64,000 nt of DNA from Acetobacteraceae bacterium (GTDB lineage: Bacteria; Pseudomonadota; Alphaproteobacteria; Acetobacterales; Acetobacteraceae), in the NCBI GenBank assembly GCA_965218045.1, contig CBDCJX010000007.1, positions 63,075 through 127,074 of the forward strand, written 5' to 3'. The notes below the pieces were generated by a model. It was not told the origin of the DNA, searched no databases, and saw only the letters and a list, made by a program, of their open reading frames with translations. Position numbers and translations under genes: made by a program. This document shows, in pieces, positions 41,392 through 50,354 of the stretch. Each line of letters begins with the position of its first letter. Within the stretch, counting starts at the first letter, position 1.

Positions 41392-41976
41392 TCAGGAGGC
41401 GGTTGCCGGCTGACGGAATACAGGCACGTCGTGATGGCGGTCCTGCAGCGCCTCGGCACCCTCGGTCGGCACGGTCTCGGCGAAGTTCAGCGCGGCGTCG
41501 ATGTCGCCTTCCCACACCTCGCGCGGCAGCTCGTAGAGCAGCTCGATGCCGTAGCCGTTCGGATCGTGGATGTAGAGGCTGTGCGTCATGCCGTGCTCGA
41601 CGCGCCGGTTGAACTTGACGCCCCGGTCTTGCAGGTATTGCAGCTGCTTCAGCCAGGCGTCGCGGTTCGGCAAGGTGACGGCGATGTGGTTGATCGCGCA
41701 GGGGGCGCCGAACATGCTCCACTCTGCCGGCGGGGCGGGCAGGGCGGTGTTCTCGACCAGCGCCACGTCGTGATGGTTCATGCTGCCGTTGTGATCGCCG
41801 CTGTAGAATCGCATTTTTGGCGGGTTCGGCCGTTGCGGCGTCTGCTTCAGCTCGCCGACCTGCTTGAAGCCGAGGATCTCGGTCCAGAACCGATGGCTCT
41901 CCTCGATGTCGCGGACGTTGAGGACCAGGTGGTTGATCCCTGACGGGGTGACCGCCTCGTTGTTCGTGCTTTCCAT
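41392..41976 (-). CDS. VOC family protein (glyoxalase/extradiol dioxygenase fold)
   Basis: ATG 41976 within ORF 41392..42054. GINHLVLNVRDIEESHRFWTEILGF, a second INHIAVTL module, and HSLYIHDPNGYGIEL. Confidence 0.75.
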   Translation of the reverse strand: MESTNNEAVTPSGINHLVLNVRDIEESHRFWTEILGFKQVGELKQTPQRPNPPKMRFYSGDHNGSMNHHDVALVENTALPAPPAEWSMFGAPCAINHIAVTLPNRDAWLKQLQYLQDRGVKFNRRVEHGMTHSLYIHDPNGYGIELLYELPREVWEGDIDAALNFAETVPTEGAEALQDRHHDVPVFRQPATAS

Positions 41977-42067
41977 GGAAGCTCCTATTATTGAAACGTG
42001 AGACATTGTGCTTGCGCTCCACCAACGATAGCGGGGCGCGGCCGGTTCAGGCAATTCCAGCGCGCGG

Positions 42068-42418
42068 CTATTCAGCGGGCACGAAGATCGAGTGACGCAT
42101 CCGCTCGTCGACGGCTTTCGAGAGGTGTCCCTTGCCCGTCGTGTCCTCGACCAGGATCACCTCGCCGGCGCCGATCACCCGGCTTTCCCCGTCGCTGGCG
42201 GTGATCCGTACGCCGGCGTCGAGATTGATGATGTATTGCCGCCGGGGTGCGGGGTGCCAGTCGAGATCGTACCCCGCTTGCGTCTCGCGGAAGATGATGC
42301 CGTTCGCCGGCAGGCGTTTGGACATCTTGCCGCCCGGGCCCTGCTCGGCCCATTCGATCTCGATGTCGCGGAAGTGCGACTCGCCTTGGGCGTCGGCGTA
42401 GAGATTGTGGATGCGCAT
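42068..42418 (-). CDS. cupin domain protein
   Basis: ATG 42418 within ORF 42068..42799. 116 aa. DWHPAPRRQYIINLDAG....ASDGESRVIGAGEVILVEDTTGKGH has a beta-barrel/cupin-like pattern. Confidence 0.5.
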   Translation of the reverse strand: MRIHNLYADAQGESHFRDIEIEWAEQGPGGKMSKRLPANGIIFRETQAGYDLDWHPAPRRQYIINLDAGVRITASDGESRVIGAGEVILVEDTTGKGHLSKAVDERMRHSIFVPAE

Positions 42419-42552
42419 CGTCCGTTCCCCTCCCTGGTCTTGCGCCGATGCTAGGCCCGCATTGGGGCGGACGCTACCTGGACACGCTCGGATGGCTTGA
42501 CGCCTGGGGCGCGCATACGGACCCTGCCGGACGGAGCAGCAGGGGTCACGGC

Positions 42553-43524
42553 ATGAGCGCCGACGGGGCGGAGGCAACAAGCGCGGCCGGTCGGCTCGGC
42601 GGCGGCAAATCTCCGGTGCTCGAGGCGCCAACTGCGTTGCCGACGGCGGGGCTGGTGCAGCTCGCACTCTCGGTGGTGCTGCTGGGCAGCGCCTGGCCGC
42701 TCGCCAAGTTCGCGGTGATCCACGGCACCTCGCCGCTCTGGTTCGCCACCGGGCGCGCTGGTCTTTCGGCGGTCGGCGCCTGGGTTCTGCTCGCAGCACT
42801 CGGTCGGGTGCGACTCCCGGGGCGCGCCGACCTGCCGTCGGTCATAGCGGTCGGGGCGTTCCAGCTCGCGCTGTTCTTCTTCTTCACCCATCTCGCGGTC
42901 GCCTGGGTGCCGGCTGGACGCACCGCCGTTCTGGCCAACACGACGACATTGTTCGTTGTGCCGCTCTCCTTGCTGGTGCTGCACGAAACCATTCCGGCGC
43001 GGCGCTGGGTGGCGGCCGCACTCGGCGTGGCCGGGGTGGCGGTGCTGACCGGGCCGTGGGCGATCGACTGGTCGCGGCGGACCGTGCTGGTCGGCCACGC
43101 CTTCCTGCTGGCGGCGGCGTTCTCCTGGGCGGTGGCGATCATCGTCGTCCGCCGGTTCCCGCCGCGTCTGTCGATGTTCGCGCTGCTGCCTTGGTGTTTC
43201 AGCCTCGCGACCCTGCTGCTGTTGCCGGTGGTCGCCTGGCGGTCGCCCGATGGCGGGTTCGGGCCGAACCACACCGCTTGGGCGGCGCTGCTCGCGGTCG
43301 GGCTGATCGCCGGGCCCATTGGTACCTGGTGCGTGATGCAGGCGACGGCAGCGCTGCCGACCGTGGTCTCCTCGGTCGGGTTCCTGGCGACGCCGGCGAC
43401 CGGCCTCGTGCTGTCCAGCTTGTTGCTCGGTGAGCCGATCACCCTCGACCTGATGGTGGGCACCACCTTGATCCTGGCCGGCGTTGGCGCCGCCGCCTGG
43501 CCGGCGCGTCGGAGCCGGCGATGA
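42553..43524 (+). CDS. DMT superfamily (EamA-like) transporter
   Basis: Ten predicted TM helices in a two-EamA-repeat architecture. ATG 42553 is preferred; the ORF starts at 42448. Confidence 0.75.
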   Translation: MSADGAEATSAAGRLGGGKSPVLEAPTALPTAGLVQLALSVVLLGSAWPLAKFAVIHGTSPLWFATGRAGLSAVGAWVLLAALGRVRLPGRADLPSVIAVGAFQLALFFFFTHLAVAWVPAGRTAVLANTTTLFVVPLSLLVLHETIPARRWVAAALGVAGVAVLTGPWAIDWSRRTVLVGHAFLLAAAFSWAVAIIVVRRFPPRLSMFALLPWCFSLATLLLLPVVAWRSPDGGFGPNHTAWAALLAVGLIAGPIGTWCVMQATAALPTVVSSVGFLATPATGLVLSSLLLGEPITLDLMVGTTLILAGVGAAAWPARRSRR

Positions 43525-44285
43525 TCCTGCACGTCGTCGAGGCGGGCGCCGGCTCGCCGGTCGCGCTGCTGCACGGCCTGTTCGGGGCGGCGCGCAATTT
43601 CGGCGCGTTGCAGCGCCGGCTGGCCGGAAGCGGCCGGATTATCGCCCTCGATCTGCGCGACCACGGCGCCAGCCCGCACGACACTGATCTGAGCTACCAA
43701 GCGATGGCGCGAGACGTATTGGACACGCTCGCTGGCCTGGAGGCGTTGCCCGCCGCACTGCTCGGCCACTCGATGGGCGGCAAGGTGGCGATGCGCGCCG
43801 CCCTCGACGCACCCGCGTTGGTGACCCGTCTCGTCGTCGCCGATATCGCCCCGGTGAGTTACCCGCCGGCGTTTCGCGAGCTCGCGCGGGCGATGCTGGC
43901 GCTGGAACTGCCCCCCGGCTCGACGCGCGAGTCGGCTGATGCAGCACTGGCGGGGGCGGTTCCCGACCCCGGGCTGCGTGCGTTCCTGCTGCAGAACCTG
44001 CTTCTCGGCGAGACGCCGGGCTGGCGCATCGGCTTGTCCGAGATCGCCGCGGCGCTGCCGGGCATCGAGGGCTGGGAGGCACCGGCGAGGGCGAGCTACG
44101 CCGGGCCCACGCTGTTCGTCGCCGGGGCGCGATCCGACTACATCACGGCCGAGCGCCGCCCGACGATCCGGGCGCTGTTCCCCGCCGCGCGCTTTGTCAC
44201 CCTGAAGGACGCGGGCCACTGGCTGCACGCCGACAACCCCGACGGCTTCGCGTCGATCGTCGAGCCGTTCTTGTCGCGATCGTAG
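43521..44285 (+). CDS. alpha/beta hydrolase
   Basis: The ATG overlaps the upstream stop as ATGA. LLHGLFG, the nucleophile elbow GHSMGG, and a C-terminal GHWLHADNP (catalytic His). Confidence 0.82.
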   Translation: MILHVVEAGAGSPVALLHGLFGAARNFGALQRRLAGSGRIIALDLRDHGASPHDTDLSYQAMARDVLDTLAGLEALPAALLGHSMGGKVAMRAALDAPALVTRLVVADIAPVSYPPAFRELARAMLALELPPGSTRESADAALAGAVPDPGLRAFLLQNLLLGETPGWRIGLSEIAAALPGIEGWEAPARASYAGPTLFVAGARSDYITAERRPTIRALFPAARFVTLKDAGHWLHADNPDGFASIVEPFLSRS

Positions 44286-44798
44286 GATTGCCGGCGCGAG
44301 CGGCACGCGACCTGTTCGCATGACGTCTCTAAAACGGAACAATCAGGTTGCGCGTCGGCGCGACGCGTTAACACCGGCTCAAAAAATCTTCCCATTCGGT
44401 GCGCGCGGCCCCGGCCGGCTTGCCGGCCCGGCGGGCGGCGTCCCGGCGGCGGAAGTTCGGTCGGGCGCTTCGGCGCCAGCGGGCGCGTCGCCGGCGCGCG
44501 CTACCGCGTCGGCGGTCGAGGCCGCAGCGCGGGCACGCGGGTGAGCAAGGCAGGGTGGTCAAGTGTCACGCCCAACAACAGCGCCGTCATCTCCGGGTCG
44601 GCCAGCAGATGACGCAACTGCCCACCAGAGCAGGTCGCCTCCGGCGTCTCGCCCGGCGATGTAGACGTCGACCCTCCGAGAGGCGTATTGCTTACTCAAG
44701 CTTGAAGGCTGCAGTTTCTCGTTATGAGGCGGGCCGGCTTGCGGCGCGACGAGAGGTGGCCTGCTGTTCCCGAACGAGCGGTTCGAGGGAGGTAACGC

Positions 44799-45662
44799 AT
44801 GGTCGTTCGCAACCCGGTGGAATGGACAATCGATCAATTCAGGTCTACGGGGTCGTCCATAACGGCGACGACGCGGGACCTGCGGCACTCCCAGGAAGAC
44901 CTCCCGATCGAGGTTATGCCGGTTCGGCGGATCGATTTCGCTGATCTCAAGGATGCCATCGCGGCGGGCTTCGATGATTTCCGAGCCAACCGAACCGATG
45001 TCCTCGTCCTTTGCGTGCTTTATCCGCTCCTCGGCCTCGTCCTAGGGCGGATGGCCTCCGGCTATGGCTTGGTGCCTTTGCTGTTTCCTCTCGCATCTGG
45101 CTTCGCGCTCGTCGGTCCACTCGCGGGGTTGGGGCTTTACGAAATGAGCCGGCGGCGGGAGCAGGGCTCTGACGTGGGCTGGGCCGATACGTTTGCCGTG
45201 CTGCGCTCGCCCTCTCTGGGAGCAATCCTGCTGCTCGGGGTGATCCTGGTCGCGCTCTTCCTGCTCTGGCTGGGTGTCGCTCAGGGGATTTACACGGTTA
45301 CGCTCGGGCCCGAGCCGCCTGCTTCCATCGGTTCGTTCGTGCGCGATGTATTTACCACGCGCCCGGGTTGGATGCTCATCATCGCGGGTGTCGGCGCAGG
45401 GTTCTTCTTTGCCTTGGTGGTGTTGGCGATCAGCGTGGTGTCATTTCCGCTGCTGTTGGATAGAAAGGTAGGCCTAGACACTGCGGTGCGGACGTCGATT
45501 AGAGCGGTGGTGTTGAACCCCCGACAGATGGCCATATGGGGATTTTTGGTGGCCGCCGGCTTGGTTCTCGGATCGATCCCTCTGTTCTTCGGCCTTGTCC
45601 TGGTGCTTCCTGTGCTTGGGCACGCTACCTGGCATCTCTATCGAAAGCTGGTACCCCGCTAA
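44799..45662 (+). CDS. DUF2189 family integral membrane protein
   Basis: GAGGGAGG RBS. The N-terminal soluble region has the L..G..DF motif (LKDAIAAGFDDFRA), followed by 5-6 TM helices. I recognise this as DUF2189-like. Confidence 0.6.
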   Translation: MVVRNPVEWTIDQFRSTGSSITATTRDLRHSQEDLPIEVMPVRRIDFADLKDAIAAGFDDFRANRTDVLVLCVLYPLLGLVLGRMASGYGLVPLLFPLASGFALVGPLAGLGLYEMSRRREQGSDVGWADTFAVLRSPSLGAILLLGVILVALFLLWLGVAQGIYTVTLGPEPPASIGSFVRDVFTTRPGWMLIIAGVGAGFFFALVVLAISVVSFPLLLDRKVGLDTAVRTSIRAVVLNPRQMAIWGFLVAAGLVLGSIPLFFGLVLVLPVLGHATWHLYRKLVPR

Positions 45663-45716
45663 GCGAGAGCACGATTTTCGTTGCGTTCGCCGCTGGTCGC
45701 CGCCGTAGCAGAGTAA

Positions 45717-45950
45717 TGCTGGCAGTCACGCTCCGCCGTGACCGGTCTGCTCGCCCGGCAGGCGGCGATCGAGGCCGCGCTTCCTCAACTGAAGGCCCAT
45801 CCGCACTTCCGGCTGAATGCGTGGGTGCCGCACGCAACGCTGTCGGGCGTGCTCGACGATCCCGCAAGGGGGCTCGCCGCGTTGCTCCCAAGCTGGCGAC
45901 CGATCGAGGGTTCGCTGGTGCAAGTTGATCTCGTGCGGTTCCGCCCGCCT
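45717..45950 (+). pseudogene. probable C-terminal-half remnant of a 2H phosphoesterase (LigT / 2'-5' RNA ligase-like) gene
   Basis: The frame opens only at 45717 (TAA at 45714). It carries a single H-x-T-L motif (VPHATLSG) and a LigT-like tail (GSLVQVDLVRFRPP). The first H-x-T/S half is absent. The ORF then runs on antisense through alkA. Confidence 0.35.
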
Positions 45951-45989
45951 GGTCGAAATAGTGCACAGCCACGCCCTGCGCCGCTCGGC

Positions 45990-46634
45990 TTAGGCGCGGC
46001 TCGATGGCTCCGCAGCCTTCTTCGCAAGGTCCGAAGCGCGCCAGAGGTACCACGCGGCGGTGCTGCGCCAGGGCGCCCAGGGCAGGCCGAGATCGGCCAG
46101 CACGCGGGGTTTCGGCTGCGCCTGCATCCCGTGCAACACGCGATACCCCTCGCGCACGCCGAAATCGTCGACCGGGAGGATGTCGGGCCGGCCCAAGGTC
46201 CACATCAGCATCATCTCGACCGTCCAGCGCCCGACCCCGCGTATCGAGACCAGCCGCTCGATCAACGACGCGTCGGACAGTCGGGCGGCGGCCCGGCGGG
46301 TCGGCACCGTGCCGTCGATCGCGCGCGCGCAGATGTCGCGGATCGAGGCGATCTTGCCGAGCGAGAAGCCGCAGCCGCGCAGCACGCTTTCCTCGGTGGC
46401 GAGCACCATCTCGGGCGTCGGGAACGGTAGGCCGGGATACAGCGCCTCGAAACGGCCAAGAATCGCCCGTGCCGCGTTGCCGTGCAGTTGCTGATGGGCA
46501 ATCGCGCGAACCAGGGCCTCGTACGGCGAACGATCACGCTCAACCACGAGGCGCGGCCGGCCGACCACCGCGATCAGCCCGGCGAAAGCAGGGTCTTGCG
46601 CCAGGTGACGCATGGCGACGAGCGACATGGCCAA
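45990..46634 (-). CDS. alkA: DNA-3-methyladenine glycosylase II (HhH-GPD family)
   Basis: HhH-GPD motif LVSIRGVGRWTVEMMLMWTLGRPDILPVDDFGVREG. 214 aa. Confidence 0.82.
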   Translation of the reverse strand: MAMSLVAMRHLAQDPAFAGLIAVVGRPRLVVERDRSPYEALVRAIAHQQLHGNAARAILGRFEALYPGLPFPTPEMVLATEESVLRGCGFSLGKIASIRDICARAIDGTVPTRRAAARLSDASLIERLVSIRGVGRWTVEMMLMWTLGRPDILPVDDFGVREGYRVLHGMQAQPKPRVLADLGLPWAPWRSTAAWYLWRASDLAKKAAEPSSRA

Positions 46635-46727
46635 CCTCTATCACGCGTGAGTGACACGCGAGCAACCGTGCTACAAGACGGCAGCGAGCGACAACACCGC
46701 AGGAGCGCCTCCCGCGAGGCAGACCGT

Positions 46728-46946
46728 ATGCGCCAGACGCGCCCTTGGTTCGACGAGCGTGACGAGAACGAGCGGGCGGCCGACCGCCAGACGGCGAGCC
46801 TCGGCGGGCTCGCTGTCGCGCTGCTCCTCGTCGTGGTCGGCCTGTTCCTGGTTCGCACCCTCCACGCCACCGCCGTGCTGGAGGATTGCTTGCTCGGCGG
46901 CCGAACCAACTGCCCCCTTTTGGTGCCGTCGCCGCCGATCAGGTGA
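46728..46946 (+). CDS. small membrane protein (72 aa), hypothetical
   Basis: ATG 46728 within ORF 46482... Acidic N-terminus, one TM helix (LGGLAVALLLVVVGLFLV), and a Cys-x9-Cys tail. Third-position GC bias is good. It overlaps the convergent peptidase gene by 8 nt. Confidence 0.45.
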   Translation: MRQTRPWFDERDENERAADRQTASLGGLAVALLLVVVGLFLVRTLHATAVLEDCLLGGRTNCPLLVPSPPIR

Positions 46947-48069
46947 GTGTCACCAACAGGCCGGCGATCAGCCGACCGCGCTGCGCCAGGCTGTCGATCA
47001 CAATGTGCTCGTCGAGCGTATGCGCGCCCGCGCCCTGCACACCAAGCCCATCCAGGGTGGGGATACCCATCGCGCCGGTGAAGTTGCCGTCCGACCCACC
47101 CCCCGAGCTTTGGTGCGGGATGTCGAAACCGATCGAGCGTGCCAGCGCGCTGGCCTTCTCGTACAACGCCATCGTGGCCGCATCGGGCTCCCACACCGGG
47201 CGCGTCACCCCGCGCGTCACCCGGAACTGAACGTCGTTGGAGGACGCTCCGAGCGCCAGCATGCGAGCCACGCCTTGATCGAGGTCATCCTGCCGCTTCG
47301 CCATGCTGAGCGCCTCGCCGGTGCAGGTGGTCGAGACGCAGTTCACCCACTGGCCGCCGTGCACCACGCCGACGCTGAACGTGCAATCCTCCGTCGTCAT
47401 GTCCTCGATCTCGATGATCTTGCGCGCCATCTCGCGGATCGCAGAGCGGCCCTCGGCGAGGCGGGCGCCGGCGTGGCTCGGGCGGCCGGTCGCCTCCAGG
47501 TTGAAGCGGGCGATCGCATAGCGGCCGGTGACCACGCCGCCATTCGGCCGCGCCGGCTCGGGAACCAGCACATAGCGGTGGCGTGACGCCTCGGCCTCGA
47601 TCAGGTCGCGCGTGCTCGGGCTGCCGACCTCCTCGTCGCTGGTGAAGAGGACGGTGACCGGCAATGCGGTCGCCTGCCCGATCCGTCGCAGCACCCGGAT
47701 GGCGTCGAGTGCCAGATAGTTGCCGCCCTTCATGTCGCAGATGCCCGGACCCCAGCAGCGTCCGTCCTCGCGCCGCCACGGCAGGCTCTGCAACGTCCCG
47801 ACCGGATGCACCGTGTCGAAATGGCCCATCAGCAGGATGCCGGGCTCGGCCGAGTTCGGGTGTGGGAAGCTGGCGCGCACGCAGTCGCCAAAACCCATGC
47901 GGCCGGCGATCCGCTCGACCCGCGCCCCGGCGATGGCGAGATCGCGCGAGACAAGGTCCATCACCCGGTTAACGGATGCTGCCTCCCAGGTCGGGCTCTC
48001 GCACTCTACCCAGGGACGCAGCCCCTCCAGCATCGCATCAGCATCGAACGGCAGCGCATTGAGATCCAC
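46939..48069 (-). CDS. M20 family metallopeptidase (carboxypeptidase G2-like)
   Basis: Metal-binding motifs LLMGHFDTVHP, GPGICDMKGG and FTSDEEVGSP, plus a C-terminal GAGAHTLDEH. Confidence 0.82.
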   Translation of the reverse strand: MDLNALPFDADAMLEGLRPWVECESPTWEAASVNRVMDLVSRDLAIAGARVERIAGRMGFGDCVRASFPHPNSAEPGILLMGHFDTVHPVGTLQSLPWRREDGRCWGPGICDMKGGNYLALDAIRVLRRIGQATALPVTVLFTSDEEVGSPSTRDLIEAEASRHRYVLVPEPARPNGGVVTGRYAIARFNLEATGRPSHAGARLAEGRSAIREMARKIIEIEDMTTEDCTFSVGVVHGGQWVNCVSTTCTGEALSMAKRQDDLDQGVARMLALGASSNDVQFRVTRGVTRPVWEPDAATMALYEKASALARSIGFDIPHQSSGGGSDGNFTGAMGIPTLDGLGVQGAGAHTLDEHIVIDSLAQRGRLIAGLLVTLT

Positions 48070-48079
48070 GGTGAAACTC

Positions 48080-49006
48080 CTACGGAAGCATGGCCAGGCG
48101 CTCGCCCAGCAACTGAAAAAACCCGTCCGCGTCCAGCGTCTCCAGCACGGTGGCGTTCGGCGGCAGCCTGGTGCGGCCCCAGCGGTCGATCACCGTGCGT
48201 CCGCGATTGGCGCCGGCGCCGAGATCGACGCTCACCGCGCAATCGCGACCAGCGAACAACGCCGGGCGGACCAGCCAGGCAATGGCGCAGGGATCGTGCA
48301 GCGGATGCCCAGCCCCGCCCAGCCGCACCGACGGCGCCACGGCGGCCATGATGTCGCAAGCGAGCCGCAAACACTGTCCGCCGCCGCGCTGGCGTATCGC
48401 CGCGATCCGCGCCGGCGTCACCAGAGCCTGCGCGGTCAGATCGAGCGTGACCAGACAGACCGGGCGCCCAGCATCGAGCACGACCGCCAGCGCCTCGGGG
48501 TCGTTCAGCGCGTTGAACTCGGCCGAGGGCGTGATGTTGCCTTCGCCCCACGCGCCGGTCATCAGCACGATCTGGCCGATACAGGCGGCCAGCGCCGGCT
48601 CGGTCATCAATGCGAGCGCGATGTTGGTGGCCGGGGCGATGCCGACGATGGTCACCGGAGCGGTCGCCGCGCGCAGGAAGGCGCGGATCGCGTCGGCCGC
48701 CAGCATCGGGTCGGGTGCGTGCCCGGCCGGCAGCACCACGCCACCGAGCCCGTCATCGCCATGTATTTCGGGTGCGGAGCAGAAAGCGCCCAGTAACGGC
48801 CGCTCCGCGCCGCCATGCACCGGAACGTCGCGCCGGACCAGCGCCACGAGCGAGAGGGCGTTGGTCAAGGTGCGTTCCAGCCCGACATTGCCGCCGGCGA
48901 CCGTGACCGCGCTGACCTCGAGTTCCGGCGAGGCGAAGGCGAGCAGCAAGGCGAGGGCGTCGTCGGTGCCGGGGTCGCAATCGATGATAACAGGAAGGGC
49001 GCGCAT
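48080..49006 (-). CDS. nucleoside hydrolase
   Basis: N-terminal IIDCDPGTDDALALLLA (the DxDxxxDD fingerprint). 308 aa. Confidence 0.85.
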   Translation of the reverse strand: MRALPVIIDCDPGTDDALALLLAFASPELEVSAVTVAGGNVGLERTLTNALSLVALVRRDVPVHGGAERPLLGAFCSAPEIHGDDGLGGVVLPAGHAPDPMLAADAIRAFLRAATAPVTIVGIAPATNIALALMTEPALAACIGQIVLMTGAWGEGNITPSAEFNALNDPEALAVVLDAGRPVCLVTLDLTAQALVTPARIAAIRQRGGGQCLRLACDIMAAVAPSVRLGGAGHPLHDPCAIAWLVRPALFAGRDCAVSVDLGAGANRGRTVIDRWGRTRLPPNATVLETLDADGFFQLLGERLAMLP

Positions 49007-49130
49007 GGCGGCAGCTTGCCACCATCGCGCCCCGCTGCCGAGACGCCGCGCGCTGACCAGCCGCTCGCTTGGCCCGCTGCGGGCTCGATGCTACAGACGC
49101 GCGGCGGCCGACGAGGCGAACGGGATTGCG

Positions 49131-50189
49131 ATGGCGGACACGGCGCAGAAACAATCGGGCGTTTCGGGCAAGCCGCCGGCGACCGCCAGCCTCGGCGGAT
49201 ACCTGCCCGGCTTGCTGCTCTGTCTGGTGATCGCGGCCATCGCCTGGTTCCTCGGCGCGAAGGCGCCGGTCATTGGCGCGCCGATCATCGCCATCCTGAT
49301 CGGCGTCGTGCTGGCCAACACCGTCGGCGGCCCCGCGCTGAACAGCCGCTTGCGTATCAGCAAGATCAGCGGCACCGCGTTGCGCACCGGCATCGTGCTG
49401 CTCGGCGCGACACTCAATCTCGGCGACGTCCTGCGCACCGGGCTGTCGTCGCTGTGGCTGCTGGCGATCACCATCACCGCCGGGCTCGGCTTCGCGTTGC
49501 TGGTGGGCAAGCGGATGGGGGTCGACTGGCGGATGCGCTGCCTGATTGGCATGGGCACCACGATCTGCGGCGCCTCGGCGATTGCCGCGCTGGCACCCGT
49601 GCTGCGTGCCAAAACCGAGGAGATCGCCTACGCCGTCTCCGTGGTGTTCCTGTTCAACATGCTGGCGGTGATCATCTTTCCGGGCATCGGCCACGCGATC
49701 GGATTGTCCGATACCGGGTTCGGCATGTGGGCCGGAACGGCGGTGAACGACACCTCCGCCGTGGTCGCCGCCGGCTTCGCCTACAGCCCCGCAGCGGGCG
49801 CGTTCGCGACCATCGTCAAGCTCACCCGAACCACCTTGATCATTCCGCTGGTGCTCGGCTTCGGGTTGGCCATGCCCTGGCTCGATCCGGACGCGCGTCC
49901 CGCCGAGGGCGGCCTCGGCGAACGCATTCGCCAGGCGATCCCCTGGTTCATCGCGCTGTTCGTCATTGCCTCGCTGATCAACACGCTCGGCCTGGTCGGC
50001 TCGGCCGCGCCGCAGGTGCAACTCCTCGCCCGTTTCGTGATGGTGACAGCACTCGCCGCGGTTGGCCTGCAAGGTCACTGGCGCGCCTTTGCCGGCGCCG
50101 GCTTCCGCCCGCTGCTCCTCGGGCTTGGAACCTGGGCGGTGATCGCGGTCAGCAGCCTCGCGATCCAGGCTTTGACGGCGCAACTCTAA
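49131..50189 (+). CDS. YeiH family putative sulfate exporter (UPF0324 membrane protein)
   Basis: ATG 49131; the upstream part of ORF 48150.. is antisense to the hydrolase gene. About 10 TM helices. GTTICGASAIAA is typical of YeiH. Confidence 0.72.
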   Translation: MADTAQKQSGVSGKPPATASLGGYLPGLLLCLVIAAIAWFLGAKAPVIGAPIIAILIGVVLANTVGGPALNSRLRISKISGTALRTGIVLLGATLNLGDVLRTGLSSLWLLAITITAGLGFALLVGKRMGVDWRMRCLIGMGTTICGASAIAALAPVLRAKTEEIAYAVSVVFLFNMLAVIIFPGIGHAIGLSDTGFGMWAGTAVNDTSAVVAAGFAYSPAAGAFATIVKLTRTTLIIPLVLGFGLAMPWLDPDARPAEGGLGERIRQAIPWFIALFVIASLINTLGLVGSAAPQVQLLARFVMVTALAAVGLQGHWRAFAGAGFRPLLLGLGTWAVIAVSSLAIQALTAQL

Positions 50190-50354
50190 CGGCGAAGGCG
50201 CGGACTGGCCGGCGTGCATGGAAGCCCTGCACCCCGAATCCGCTTGCAAAACCGGGCCTGCTCACGCATGTGAGGCGCACAACGCAGCCGGCTAGCAGTC
50301 GCCGGGAATAGGATCGGGCGCGCGGGGCAGGGTCCCTGCCGCGCCCGTTATGGT

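Noticed and set aside
42546-44342. 598-aa minus-strand ORF
   Set aside because: It is antisense to the EamA transporter and alpha/beta hydrolase genes, and the sequence is Arg-rich junk.
48150-49130. N-terminal 327 codons of ORF 48150..50189
   Set aside because: This part is antisense to the nucleoside hydrolase gene. The YeiH membrane protein sequence begins at ATG 49131.
50317-50346. GC-rich imperfect hairpin (GCGCGGggCAGG-gtc-CCTGCCGCGC) just upstream of the EF-G paralog, considered as a terminator or attenuator
   Set aside because: It has no U-tract and lies 130 nt from the preceding stop and 10 nt from the start codon. Evidence is insufficient, so I note it only as a possible leader structure.
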